Shown piece after piece: positions 35,701 to 50,700 of a stretch of DNA of 64,000 nt (positions within the stretch are counted from its first letter, which is position 1; each line of letters begins with the position of its first letter). Origin of the DNA: Ranitomeya imitator (lineage: Eukaryota); the NCBI RefSeq assembly GCF_032444005.1, contig NC_091287.1, positions 562,464,001 to 562,528,000 of the forward strand. Direction: 5' to 3'. The notes below the pieces were generated by a model. That model was not told where the DNA came from and ran no database searches. It saw nothing but the letters and a program-made list of their open reading frames with translations. Made by a program: the position numbers and the translations under genes.

Positions 35701-38700
35701 AATAAGAGCCACCCACACCGTCACTATAAGAGCCCCCCAAACCCTCACTATAAGAGCCACCCGCACCCTCACTATAAGCCACCCACAGCCTCACTATAAG
35801 AGCCACCCGCACCCTCACTATAAGAGCCGCCCGCACCCTCACTATAAGAGCCACCCACACCCTCACTATAAGCCGCCCACAGCCTCACTATAAGAACCAC
35901 CCACACCCTCACTATAAGAGCCACCCGCACACTCACTATAAGAGCCCCCCGCACCCTCATAATAAGATCCGCCCGCACCGTCACTATAAGAGCCGCCCAC
36001 ACCCTCACGATAAGAGCCGCCCACACCCTCACTATAAGAGCCGCCCACAGCCTCACTATAAGAGCCGCCCACACCCTCACTATAAGAGCCACCCACACCC
36101 TCACTATAAGAGCCACCCACACCCTCACTATAAGAGCCGCCCACAGCCTCACTATAAGAGCCACCCGCACCCTCACTATAAGAGCCCCACGCACCCTCAC
36201 TATAAGAGCCGCCAACAGCCTCACTATAAGAGCCACCCACACCGTCACTATAAGAGCCGCCCACAGCCTCACTATAAGAGCCACCCGCACCCTCACTATA
36301 AGAGCCACCCACACCGTCACTATAAGAGCCACCCACACCCTCACTATAAGAGCCACCCAAACCCTCACTATAAGAGCCACCCGCACCATCACTATAAGAG
36401 CCACCCACAGCCTCACTATAAGAGCCACCCGCACCCTCACTATAAGAGCCACCCACACCCTCACTATAAGAGCCACCCACACCCTCACTATAAGAGCCGC
36501 CCACACCCTCACTATAAGAGCCGCCCACAGCCTCACTATAAGAGCCACCCACACCCTCACTATAAGAGCCACCCGCACCCTCACTATAAGAGCCCCCCGC
36601 ACCCTCACTATAAGAGCCGCCCACAGCCTCACTATAAGAGCCACCCACACCGTCACTATAAGAGCCACCCACACCGTCACTATAAGAGCCCCCCACAACC
36701 TCACTATAAGAGCCGCCCACAGCCTCACTATAAGAGCCACCCACACCGTCACTATAAGAGCCACCCACACCCTCACTATAAGAGCCGCCCACACCCTCAC
36801 TATAAGAGCCGCCCACACCCTCACTATAAGAGCCGCCCACACCCTCACTATAAGCCGCCCACAGCCTCACTATAAGAGCCACCCACACCGTCACTATAAG
36901 AGCCACCCACACCGTCACTATAAGAGCCACCCGCACCCTCACTATAAGAGCCGCCCACACCCTCACTATAAGAGCCGCCCACACCCTCACTATAAGAGCC
37001 GCCCACACCCTCACTATAAGAGCCACCCACACCCTCACTATAAGAGCCACCCACACCCTCACTATAAGAGCCGCCCACAGCCTCACTATAAGAGCCACCC
37101 ACACCCTCACTATAAGAGCCCCCCGCACCCTCACTATAAGAGCCGCCAACAGCCTCACTATAAGAGCCACCCACACCGTCAATATAAGAGCCGCCCGCAC
37201 CCTCACTATAAGAGCCCCCCGCACCCTCACTATAAGAGCCCCCCGCACCCTCACTATAAGAGCCCCCCGAACCCTCACTATAAGAGCCCCCCGCACCCTC
37301 ACTATAAGAGCCCCCCGCACCCTCACTATAAGAGCCGCCCGCACCCTCACTATAAGAGCCGCCCACACCCTCACTATAAGAGCCGCCCACACCCTCACTA
37401 TAAGCCGCCCACAGCCTCACTATAAGAGCCACCCACACCCTCACTATAAGAGCCACCCGCACACTCACTATAAGAGCCGCCCACACCCTCACTATAAGAG
37501 CCGCCCACACCCTCACTATAAGAGCCGCCCACACCCTCACTATAAGAGCCGCCCACAGCCTCACTATAAGAGCCGCCCACACCCTCACTATAAGAGCCAC
37601 CCACACCCTCACTATAAGAGCCACCCGCACCCTCACTATAAGAGCCCCACGCACCCTCACTATAAGAGCCGCCAACAGCCTCACTATAAGAGCCACCCGC
37701 ACCCTCACTATAAGAGCCACCCACACCGTCACTATAAGAGCCACCCACACCCTCACTATAAGAGCCACCCAAACCCTCACTATAAGAGCCACCCGCACCA
37801 TCACTATAAGAGCCACCCACAGCCTCACTATAAGAGCCACCCGCACCCTCACTATAAGAGCCGCCCACACCCTCACTATAAGAGCCGCCCACAGCCTCAC
37901 TATAAGAGCCACCCACACCCTCACTATAAGAGCCACCCACACCCTCACTATAAGAGCCACCCACACCCTCACTATAAGAGCCGCCCACAGCCTCACTATA
38001 AGAGCCGCCCACACCCTCACTATAAGAGCCACCCGCACCCTCACTATAAGAGCCCCCCGCACCCTCACTATAAGAGCCGCCCACAGCCTCACTATAAGAG
38101 CCCCCCACACCCTCACTATAAGAGCCCCCCAAACCCTCACTATAAGAGCCACCCGCACCCTCACTATAAGCCACCCACAGCCTCACTATAAGAGCCACCC
38201 GCACCCTCACTATAAGAGCCGCCCGCACCCTCACTATAAGAGCCACCCACACCCTCACTATAAGCCGCCCACAGCCTCACTATAAGAGCCACCCACACCC
38301 TCACTATAAGAGCCACCCGCACACTCACTATAAGAGCCGCCCACACCCTCACTATAAGAGCCGCCCACACCCTCACTATAAGAGCCGCCCACACCCTCAC
38401 TATAAGAGCCGCCCACACCCTCACTATAAGCCGCCCACAGCCTCACTATAAGAGCCACCCACACCCTCACTATAAGAGCCACCCGCACACTCACTATAAG
38501 AGCCGCCCACACCCTCACTATAAGAGCCGCCCACACCCTCACTATAAGAGCCGCCCACACCCTCATTATAAGAGCCGCCCACAGCCTCACTATAAGAGCC
38601 ACCCACACCCTCACTATAAGAGCCGCCCACAGCCTCACTATAAGAGCCACCCACACCCTCACTATAAGAGCCCCCCGCACCCTCACTATAAGAGCCGCCA

Positions 38701-41700
38701 ACAGCCTCACTATAAGAGCCACCCACACCGTCAATATAAGAGCCGCCCGCACCCTCACTATAAGAGCCCCCCGCACCCTCACTATAAGAGCCCCCCGCAC
38801 CCTCACTATAAGAGCCACCCACACCCTCACTATAAGAGCCACCCGCACCCTCACTATAAGAGCCCCACGCACCCTCACTATAAGAGCCGCCAACAGCCTC
38901 ACTATAAGAGCCACCCGCACCCTCACTATAAGAGCCACCCACACCGTCACTATAAGAGCCACCCACACCCTCACTATAAGAGCCACCCAAACCCTCACTA
39001 TAAGAGCCACCCGCACCATCACTATAAGAGCCACCCACAGCCTCACTATAAGAGCCACCCGCACCCTCACTATAAGAGCCGCCCACACCCTCACTATAAG
39101 AGCCGCCCACAGCCTCACTATAAGAGCCACCCACACCCTCACTATAAGAGCCACCCACACCCTCACTATAAGAGCCACCCACACCCTCACTATAAGAGCC
39201 GCCCACAGCCTCACTATAAGAGCCGCCCACACCCTCACTATAAGAGCCACCCGCACCCTCACTATAAGAGCCCCCCGCACCCTCACTATAAGAGCCGCCC
39301 ACAGCCTCACTATAAGAGCCCCCCACACCCTCACTATAAGAGCCCCCCAAACCCTCACTATAAGAGCCACCCGCACCCTCACTATAAGCCACCCACAGCC
39401 TCACTATAAGAGCCACCCGCACCCTCACTATAAGAGCCGCCCGCACCCTCACTATAAGAGCCACCCACACCCTCACTATAAGCCGCCCACAGCCTCACTA
39501 TAAGAGCCACCCACACCCTCACTATAAGAGCCACCCGCACACTCACTATAAGAGCCGCCCACACCCTCACTATAAGAGCCGCCCACACCCTCACTATAAG
39601 AGCCGCCCACACCCTCACTATAAGAGCCGCCCACACCCTCACTATAAGCCGCCCACAGCCTCACTATAAGAGCCACCCACACCCTCACTATAAGAGCCAC
39701 CCGCACACTCACTATAAGAGCCGCCCACACCCTCACTATAAGAGCCGCCCACACCCTCACTATAAGAGCCGCCCACACCCTCATTATAAGAGCCGCCCAC
39801 AGCCTCACTATAAGAGCCGCCCACACCCTCACTATAAGAGCCACCCACACCCTCACTATAAGAGCCACCCGCACCCTCACTATAAGAGCCCCACGCACCC
39901 TCACTATAAGAGCCGCCAACAGCCTCACTATAAGAGCCACCCGCACCCTCACTATAAGAGCCACCCACACCGTCACTATAAGAGCCACCCACACCCTCAC
40001 TATAAGAGCCACCCAAACCCTCACTATAAGAGCCACCCGCACCATCACTATAAGAGCCACCCACAGCCTCACTATAAGAGCCACCCGCACCCTCACTATA
40101 AGAGCCGCCCACACCCTCACTATAAGAGCCGCCCACAGCCTCACTATAAGAGCCACCCACACCCTCACTATAAGAGCCACCCACACCCTCACTATAAGAG
40201 CCACCCACACCCTCACTATAAGAGCCGCCCACAGCCTCACTATAAGAGCCGCCCACACCCTCACTATAAGAGCCACCCGCACCCTCACTATAAGAGCCCC
40301 CCGCACCCTCACTATAAGAGCCGCCCACAGCCTCACTATAAGAGCCACCCACACCGTCACTATAAGAGCCACCCACACCGTCACTATAAGAGCCCCCCAC
40401 AACCTCACTATAAGAGCCGCCCACAGCCTCACTATAAGAGCCACCCACACCGTCACTATAAGAGCCACCCACACCCTCACTATAAGAGCCGCCCACACCC
40501 TCACTATAAGAGCCGCCCGCACCCTCACTATAAGAGCCCCCCGCACCCTCACTATAAGAGCCGCCCACAGCCTCACTATAAGAGCCACCCACACCGTCAC
40601 TATAAGAGCCACCCACACCGTCACTATAAGAGCCACCCGCACCCTCACTATAAGAGCCGCCCACACCCTCACTATAAGGGCCGCCCACAGCCTCACTATA
40701 AGAGCCGCCCACACCCTCACTATAAGAGCCACCCACACCCTCACTATAAGAGCCGCCCACAGCCTCACTATAAGAGCCACCCGCACCCTCACTATAAGAG
40801 CCCCCCGCACCCTCACTATAAGAGCCGCCAACAGCCTCACTATAAGAGCCACCCACACCGTCACTATAAGAGCCCCCAAACCCTCACTATAAGAGCCACC
40901 CGCACCCTCACTATAAGAGCCCCCCGCACCCTAACTATAAGAGCCGCCCACAGCCTCACTATAAGAGCCACCCACACCGTCACTATAAGAGCCACCCACA
41001 CCCTCACTATAATAGCCCCCCAAACCCTCACTATAAGAGCCACCCGCACCCTCACTATAAGAGCCGCCCACAGCCTCACTATAAGAGCCACCCACACCGT
41101 CACTATAAGAGCCCCCCACACCCTCACTATAAGAGCCGCCCGCACCCTCACTATAAGAGCCGCCCGCACCCTCACTATAAGAGCCACCCGCACCCTCACT
41201 ATAAGAGCCGCCCGAACCCTCACTATAAGAGCCCCCCACACCCTCACTATAAGAGCCCCCGAACCCTCACTATAAGAGCCGCCCACAGCCTCAAAATAAG
41301 AGCCACCCACACCGTCACTATAAGAGCCCCCCAAACCCTCACTATAAGAGCCACCCGCACCCTCACTATAAGCCACACACAGCCTCACTATAAGAGCCAC
41401 CCGCACCCTCACTATAAGAGCCGCCCGCACCCTCACTATAAGAGCCACCCACACCCTCACTATAAGCCGCCCACAGCCTCACTATAAGAGCCACCCACAC
41501 CCTCACTATAAGAGCCACCCGCACACTCACTATAAGAGCCCCCCGCACCCTCATAATAAGATCCGCCCGCACCGTCACTATAAGAGCCGCCCACACCCTC
41601 ACTATAAGAGCCGCCCACACCCTCACTATAAGAGCCGCCCACAGCCTCACTATAAGAGCCGCCCACACCCTCACTATAAGAGCCACCCACACCCTCACTA

Positions 41701-44700
41701 TAAGAGCCGCCCACAGCCTCACTATAAGAGCCACCCGCACCCTCACTATAAGAGCCCCACGCACCCTCACTATAAGAGCCGCCAACAGCCTCACTATAAG
41801 AGCCACCCACACCGTCACTATAAGAGCCGCCCACAGCCTCACTATAAGAGCCACCCGCACCCTCACTATAAGAGCCACCCACACCGTCACTATAAGAGCC
41901 ACCCACACCCTCACTATAAGAGCCACCCAAACCCTCACTATAAGAGCCACCCGCACCATCACTATAAGAGCCACCCACAGCCTCACTATAAGAGCCACCC
42001 GCACCCTCACTATAAGAGCCACCCACACCCTCACTATAAGAGCCGCCCACACCCTCACTATAAGAGCCGCCCACAGCCTCACTATAAGAGCCACCCACAC
42101 CCTCACTATAAGAGCCACCCGCACCCTCACTATAAGAGCCCCCCGCACCCTCACTTTAAGAGCCGCCCACAGCCTCACTATAAGAGCCACCCACACCGTC
42201 ACTATAAGAGCCACCCACACCGTCACTATAAGAGCCCCCCACAACCTCACTATAAGAGCCGCCCACAGCCTCACTATAAGAGCCACCCACACCGTCACTA
42301 TAAGAGCCACCCACACCCTCACTATAAGAGCCGCCCACACCCTCACTATAAGAGCCGCCCGCACCCTCACTATAAGAGCCCCCGCACCCTCACTATAAGA
42401 GCCGCCCACAGCCTCACTATAAGAGCCACCCACACCGTCACTATAAGAGCCACCCACACCGTCACTATAAGAGCCACCCGCACCCTCACTATAAGAGCCG
42501 CCCACACCCTCACTATAAGAGCCGCCCACACCCTCACTATAAGAGCCGCCCACAGCCTCACTATAAGAGCCGCCCACACCCTCACTATAAGAGCCACCCA
42601 CACCCTCACTATAAGAGCCACCCACACCCTCACTATAAGAGCCGCCCACACCCTCACTATAAGAGCCACCCGCACCCTCACTATAAGAGCCCCACGCACC
42701 CTCACTATAAGAGCCGCCAACAGCCTCACTATAAGAGCCACCCACACCGTCACTATAAGAGCCGCCCACAGCCTCACTATAAGAGCCACCCGCACCCTCA
42801 CTATAAGAGCCACCCACACCGTCACTATAAGAGCCACCCACACCCTCACTATAAGAGCCACCCAAACCCTCACTATAAGAGCCACCCGCACCATCACTAT
42901 AAGAGCCACCCACAGCCTCACTATAAGAGCCACCCGCACCCTCACTATAAGAGCCACCCACACCCTCACTATAAGAGCCACCCACACCCTCACTATAAGA
43001 GCCGCCCACACCCTCACTATAAGAGCCGCCCACAGCCTCACTATAAGAGCCACCCACACCCTCACTATAAGAGCCACCCGCACCCTCACTATAAGAGCCC
43101 CCCGCACCCTCACTATAAGAGCCGCCCACAGCCTCACTATAAGAGCCACCCACACCGTCACTATAAGAGCCACCCACACCGTCACTATAAGAGCCCCCCA
43201 CAACCTCACTATAAGAGCCGCCCACAGCCTCACTATAAGAGCCACCCACACCGTCACTATAAGAGCCACCCACACCCTCACTATAAGAGCCGCCCACACC
43301 CTCACTATAAGAGCCGCCCGCACCCTCACTATAAGAGCCCCCGCACCCTCACTATAAGAGCCGCCCACAGCCTCACTATAAGAGCCACCCACACCGTCAC
43401 TATAAGAGCCACCCACACCGTCACTATAAGAGCCACCCGCACCCTCACTATAAGAGCCGCCCACACTCTCACTATAAGAGCCGCCCACACCCTCACTATA
43501 AGAGCCGCCCACAGCCTCACTATAAGAGCCGCCCACACCCTCACTATAAGAGCCACCCACACCCTCACTATAAGAGCCACCCACACCCTCACTATAAGAG
43601 CCGCCCACACCCTCACTATAAGAGCCACCCACACCCTCACTATAAGAGCCCCCCGCACCCTCACTATAAGAGCCGCCAACAGCCTCACTATAAGAGCCAC
43701 CCACACCGTCAATATAAGAGCCACCCACACCCTCACTATAAGAGCCCCCCAAACCCTCACTATAAGAGCCACCCGCACCCTCACTATAAGAGCCCCCCGC
43801 ACCCTAACTATAAGAGCCGCCCACAGCCTCACTATAAGAGCCACCCACACCGTCACTATAAGAGCCCCCCACACCCTCACTATAATAGCCCCCCAAACCC
43901 TCACTATAAGAGCCACCCACACCCTCACTATAAGAGCCGCCCACAGCCTCACTATAAGAGCCACCCACACTGTCACTATAAGAGCCCCCCACACCCTCAC
44001 TATAAGAGCCCCCCACACCCTCACTATAAGAGCCGCCCGCACCCTCACTATAAGAGCCACCCGCACCCTCACTATAAGAGCCGCCCGAACCCTCACTATA
44101 AGAGCCCCCCACACCCTCACTATAAGAGCCCCCGAACCCTCACTATAAGAGCCGCCCACAGCCTCAAAATAAGAGCCACCCACACCGTCACTATAAGAGC
44201 CCCCCAAACCCTCACTATAAGAGCCACCCGCACCCTCACTATAAGCCACCCACAGCCTCACTATAAGAGCCACCCGCACCCTCACTATAAGAGCCGCCCG
44301 CACCCTCACTATAAGAGCCACCCACACCCTCACTATAAGCCGCCCACAGCCTCACTATAAGAGCCACCCACACCCTCACTATAAGAGCCACCCGCACACT
44401 CACTATAAGAGCCCCCCGCACCCTCATAATAAGATCCGCCCGCACCCTCACTATAAGAGCCCCCCGCACCCTCACTATAAGAGCCCCCCACACCCTCACT
44501 ATAAGAGCCCCCCGCACCCTCACTATAAGAGCCGCCCGCACCCTCACTATAAGAGCCCCCCGCACCCTCACTATAAGAGCCCCCCGCACCCTCACTATAA
44601 GAGCCCCCCGCACCCTCACTATAAGAGCCGCCCGCACCCTCACTATAAGAGCCGCCCGCACCCTCACTATAAGAGCCGCCCGAACCCTCACTATAAGAGC

Positions 44701-47700
44701 CCCCCACACCCTCACTATAAGAGCCCCCCAAACCCTCACTATAAGAGCCACCCGCACCCTCACTATAAGCCACCCACAGCCTCACTATAAGAGCCACCAG
44801 CACCCTCACTATAAGAGCCGCCCGCACCCTCACTATAAGAGCCACCCACACCCTCACTATAAGCCGCCCACAGCCTCACTATAAGAGCCACCCACACCCT
44901 CACTATAAGAGCCACCCGCACACTCACTATAAGAGCCGCCCACACCCTCACTATAAGAGCCGCCCACACCCTCACTATAAGAGCCGCCCACACCCTCACT
45001 ATAAGCCGCCCACAGCCTCACTATAAGAGCCACCCACACCCTCACTATAAGAGCCACCCGCACACTCACTATAAGAGCCGCCCACACCCTCACTATAAGA
45101 GCCGCCCACACCCTCACTATAAGAGCCGCCCACAGCCTCACTATAAGAGCCGCCCACACCCTCACTATAATAGCCACCCACACCCTCACTATAAGAGCCA
45201 CCCGCACCCTCACTATAAGAGCCCCACGCACCCTCACTATAAGAGCCGCCAACAGCCTCACTATAAGAGCCACCCGCACCCTCACTATAAGAGCCACCCA
45301 CACCCTCACTATAAGAGCCACCCACACCCTCACTATAAGAGCCACCCAAACCCTCACTATAAGAGCCACCCGCACCATCACTATAAGAGCCACCCACAGC
45401 CTCACTATAAGAGCCACCCGCACCCTCACTATAAGAGCCGCCCACACCCTCACTATAAGAGCCGCCCACAGCCTCACTATAAGAGCCACCCACACCCTCA
45501 CTATAAGAGCCACCCACACCCTCACTATAAGAGCCACCCACACCCTCACTATAAGAGCCGCCCACAGCCTCACTATAAGAGCCGCCCACACCCTCACTAT
45601 AAGAGCCACCCGCACCCTCACTATAAGAGCCCCCCGCACCCTCACTATAAGAGCCGCCCACAGCCTCACTATAAGAGCCCCCCACACCCTCACTATAAGA
45701 GCCCCCCAAACCCTCACTATAAGAGCCACCCGCACCCTCACTATAAGCCACCCACAGCCTCACTATAAGAGCCACCCGCACCCTCACTATAAGAGCCGCC
45801 CACACCCTCACTATAAGAGCCGCCCACACCCTCACTATAAGAGCCGCCCACACCCTCACTATAAGCCGCCCACAGCCTCACTATAAGAGCCACCCACACC
45901 CTCACTATAAGAGCCACCCGCACACTCACTATAAGAGCCGCCCACACCCTCACTATAAGAGCCGCCCACACCCTCACTATAAGAGCCGCCCACACCCTCA
46001 CTATAAGAGCCGCCCACAGCCTCACTATAAGAGCCGCCCACACCCTCACTATAATAGCCACCCACACCCTCACTATAAGAGCCAACCGCACCCTCACTAT
46101 AAGAGCCCCACGCACCCTCACTATAAGAGCCGCCAACAGCCTCACTATAAGAGCCATCCGCACCCTCACTATAAGAGCCACCCACACCGTCACTATAAGA
46201 GCCACCCACACCCTCACTATAAGAGCCACCCAAACCCTCACTATAAGAGCCACCCGCACCATCACTATAAGAGCCACCCACAGCCTCACTATAAGAGCCA
46301 CCCGCACCCTCACTATAAGAGCCGCCCACACCCTCACTATAAGAGCCGCCCACAGCCTCACTATAAGAGCCACCCACACCCTCACTATAAGAGCCACCCA
46401 CACCCTCACTATAAGAGCCACCCACACCCTCACTATAAGAGCCGCCCACAGCCTCACTATAAGAGCCGCCCACACCCTCACTATATGAGCCACCCGCACC
46501 CTCACTATAAGAGCCCCCCGCACCCTCACTATAAGAGCCGCCCACAGCCTCACTATAAGAGCCCCCCACACCCTCACTATAAGAGCCCCCCAAACCCTCA
46601 CTATAAGAGCCACCCGCACCCTCACTATAAGCCACCCACAGCCTCACTATAAGAGCCACCCGCTCCCTCACTATAAGAGCCGCCCGCACCCTCACTATAA
46701 GAGCCACCCACACCCTCACTATAAGAGCCGCCCACACCCTCACTATAAGAGCCGCCCACACCCTCACTATAAGAGCCGCCCACACCCTCACTATAAGAGC
46801 CGCCCACACCCTCACTATAAGCCGCCCACAGCCTCACTATAAGAGCCACCCACACCCTCACTATAAGAGCCACCCGCACACTCACTATAAGAGCCGCCCA
46901 CACCCTCACTATAAGAGCCGCCCACACCCTCACTATAAGAGCCGCCCACACCCTCACTATAAGAGCCGCCCACAGCCTCACTATAAGAGCCGCCCACACC
47001 CTCACTATAAGAGCCACCCACACCCTCACTATAAGAGCCACCCGCACCCTCACTATAAGAGCCCCACGCACCCTCACTATAAGAGCCGCCAACAGCCTCA
47101 CTATAAGAGCCACCCGCACCCTCACTATAAGAGCCACCCACACCGTCACTATAAGAGCCACCCACACCCTCACTATAAGAGCCACCCAAGCCCTCACTAT
47201 AAGAGCCACCCGCACCATCACTATAAGAGCCACCCACAGCCTCACTATAAGAGCCACCCGCACCCTCACTATAAGAGCCGCCCACACCCTCACTATAAGA
47301 GCCGCCCACAGCCTCACTATAAGAGCCACCCACACCCTCACTATAAGAGCCACCCACACCCTCACTATAAGAGCCACCCACACCCTCACTATAAGAGCCG
47401 CCCACAGCCTCACTATAAGAGCCACCCGCACCCTCACTATAAGAGCCCCCCGCACCCTCACTATAAGAGCCGCCAACAGCCTCACTATAAGAGCCACCCG
47501 CACCCTCACTATAAGAGCCGCCCACACCCTCACTATAAGAGCCGCCCACAGCCTCACTATAAGAGCCACCCACACCCTCACTATAAGAGCCACCCGCACA
47601 CTCACTATAAGAGCCGCCCACACCCTCACTATAAGAGCCGCCCACACCCTCACTATAAGAGCCGCCCACACCCTCACTATAAGAGCCGCCCACACCCTCA

Positions 47701-50700
47701 CTATAAGCCGCCCACAGCCTCACTATAAGAGCCACCCACACCCTCACTATAAGAGCCACCCACACCCTCACTATAAGAGCCGCCCACAGCCTCACTATAA
47801 GAGCCACCCGCACCCTCACTATAAGAGCCCCCCGCACCCTCACTATAAGAGCCGCCAACAGCCTCACTATAAGAGCCACCCACACCGTCACTATAAGAGC
47901 CCCCAAACCCTCACTATAAGAGCCACCCGCACCCTCACTATAAGAGCCCCACGCACCCTCACTATAAGAGCCGCCAACAGCCTCACTATAAGAGCCACCC
48001 GCACCCTCACTATAAGAGCCACCCACACCGTCACTATAAGAGCCACCCACACCCTCACTATAAGAGCCACCCAAGCCCTCACTATAAGAGCCACCCGCAC
48101 CATCACTATAAGAGCCACCCACAGCCTCACTATAAGAGCCACCCGCACCCTCACTATAAGAGCCGCCCACACCCTCACTATAAGAGCCGCCCACAGCCTC
48201 ACTATAAGAGCCACCCACACCCTCACTATAAGAGCCACCCACACCCTCACTATAAGAGCCACCCACACCCTCACTATAAGAGCCGCCCACAGCCTCACTA
48301 TAAGAGCCGCCCACACCCTCACTATAAGAGCCACCCGCACCCTCACTATAAGAGCCACCCGCACCCTCACTATAAGAGCCGCCCACAGCCTCACTATAAG
48401 AGCCACCCACACCGTCACTATAAGAGCCACCCACACCGTCACTATAAGAGCCCCCCACAACCTCACTATAAGAGCCGCCCACAGCCTCACTATAAGAGCC
48501 ACCCACACCGTCACTATAAGAGCCACCCACACCCTCACTATAAGAGCCGCCCACACCCTCACTATAAGAGCCGCCCGCACCCTCACTATAAGAGCCCCCC
48601 GCACCCTCACTATAAGAGCCGCCCACAGCCTCACTATAAGAGCCACCCACACCGTCACTATAAGAGCCACCCACACCGTCACTATAAGAGCCACCCGCAC
48701 CCTCACTATAAGAGCCGCCCACACCCTCACTATAAGGGCCGCCCACAGCCTCACTATAAGAGCCGCCCACACCCTCACTATAAGAGCCACCCACACCCTC
48801 ACTATAAGAGCCGCCCACACCCTCACTATAAGAGCCACCCACACCCTCACTATAAGAGCCGCCCACAGCCTCACTATAAGAGCCACCCGCACCCTCACTA
48901 TAAGAGCCCCCCGCACCCTCACTATAAGAGCCGCCAACAGCCTCACTATAAGAGCCACCCACACCGTCACTATAAGAGCCCCCAAACCCTCACTATAAGA
49001 GCCACCCGCACCCTCACTATAAGAGCCCCCCGCACCCTAACTATAAGAGCCGCCCACAGCCTCACTATAAGAGCCACCCACACCGTCACTATAAGAGCCA
49101 CCCACACCCTCACTATAATAGCCCCCCAAACCCTCACTATAAGAGCCACCCGCACCCTCACTATAAGAGCCGCCCACAGCCTCACTATAAGAGCCACCCA
49201 CACGTCACTATAAGAGCCCCCCACACCCTCACTATAAGAGCCGCCCGCACCCTCACTATAAGAGCCGCCCGCACCCTCACTATAAGAGCCACCCGCACCC
49301 TCACTATAAGAGCCGCCCGAACCCTCACTATAAGAGCCCCCCACACCCTCACTATAAGAGCCCCCGAACCCTCACTATAAGAGCCGCCCGCACCCTCACT
49401 ATAAGAGCCACCCACACCGTCACTATAAGAGCCCCCCAAACCCTCACTATAAGAGCCACCCGCACCCTCACTATAAGCCACCCACAGCCTCACTATAAGA
49501 GCCACCCGCACCCTCACTATAAGAGCCGCCCGCACCCTCACTATAAGAGCCACCCACACCCTCACTATAAGCCGCCCACAGTCTCACTATAAGAGCCACC
49601 CACACCCTCACTATAAGAGCCACCCGCACACACACTATAAGAGCCCCCCGCACCCTCATAATAAGATCCGCCCGCACCGTCACTATAAGAGCCGCCCACA
49701 CCCTCACTATAAGAGCCGCCCACACCCTCACTATAAGAGCCGCCCACAGCCTCACTATAAGAGCCGCCCACACCCTCACTATAAGAGCCACCCACACCCT
49801 CACTATAAGAGCCACCCACACCCTCACTATAAGAGCCGCCCACAGCCTCACTATAAGAGCCACCCGCACCCTCACTATAAGAGCCCCACACACCCTCACT
49901 ATAAGAGCCGCCAACAGCCTCACTATAAGAGCCACCCACACCGTCACTATAAGAGCCGCCCACAGCCTCACTATAAGAGCCACCCGCACCCTCACTATAA
50001 GAGCCACCCACACCGTCACTATAAGAGCCACCCACACCCTCACTATAAGAGCCACCCAAACCCTCACTATAAGAGCCACCCGCACCATCACTATAAGAGC
50101 CACCCACAGCCTCACTATAAGAGCCACCCGCACCCTCACTATAAGAGCCACCCACACCCTCACTATAAGAGCCACCCACACCCTCACTATAAGAGCCGCC
50201 CACACCCTCACTATAAGAGCCGCCCACAGCCTCACTATAAGAGCCACCCACACCCTCACTATAAGAGCCACCCGCACCCTCACTATAAGAGCCCCCCGCA
50301 CCCTCACTATAAGAGCCGCCCACAGCCTCACTATAAGAGCCACCCACACCGTCACTATAAGAGCCACCCACACCGTCACTATAAGAGCCCCCCACAACCT
50401 CACTATAAGAGCCGCCCACAGCCTCACTATAAGAGCCACCCACACCGTCACTATAAGAGCCACCCACACCCTCACTATAAGAGCCGCCCACACCCTCACT
50501 ATAAGAGCCGCCCGCACCCTCACTATAAGAGCCCCCGCACCCTCACTATAAGAGCCGCCCACAGCCTCACTATAAGAGCCACCCACACCATCACTATAAG
50601 AGCCCCCCACACCCTCACTATAAGAGCCGCCCACAGCCTCACTATAAGAGCCACCCACACGTCACTATAAGAGCCCCCCACACCCTCACTATAAGAGCCG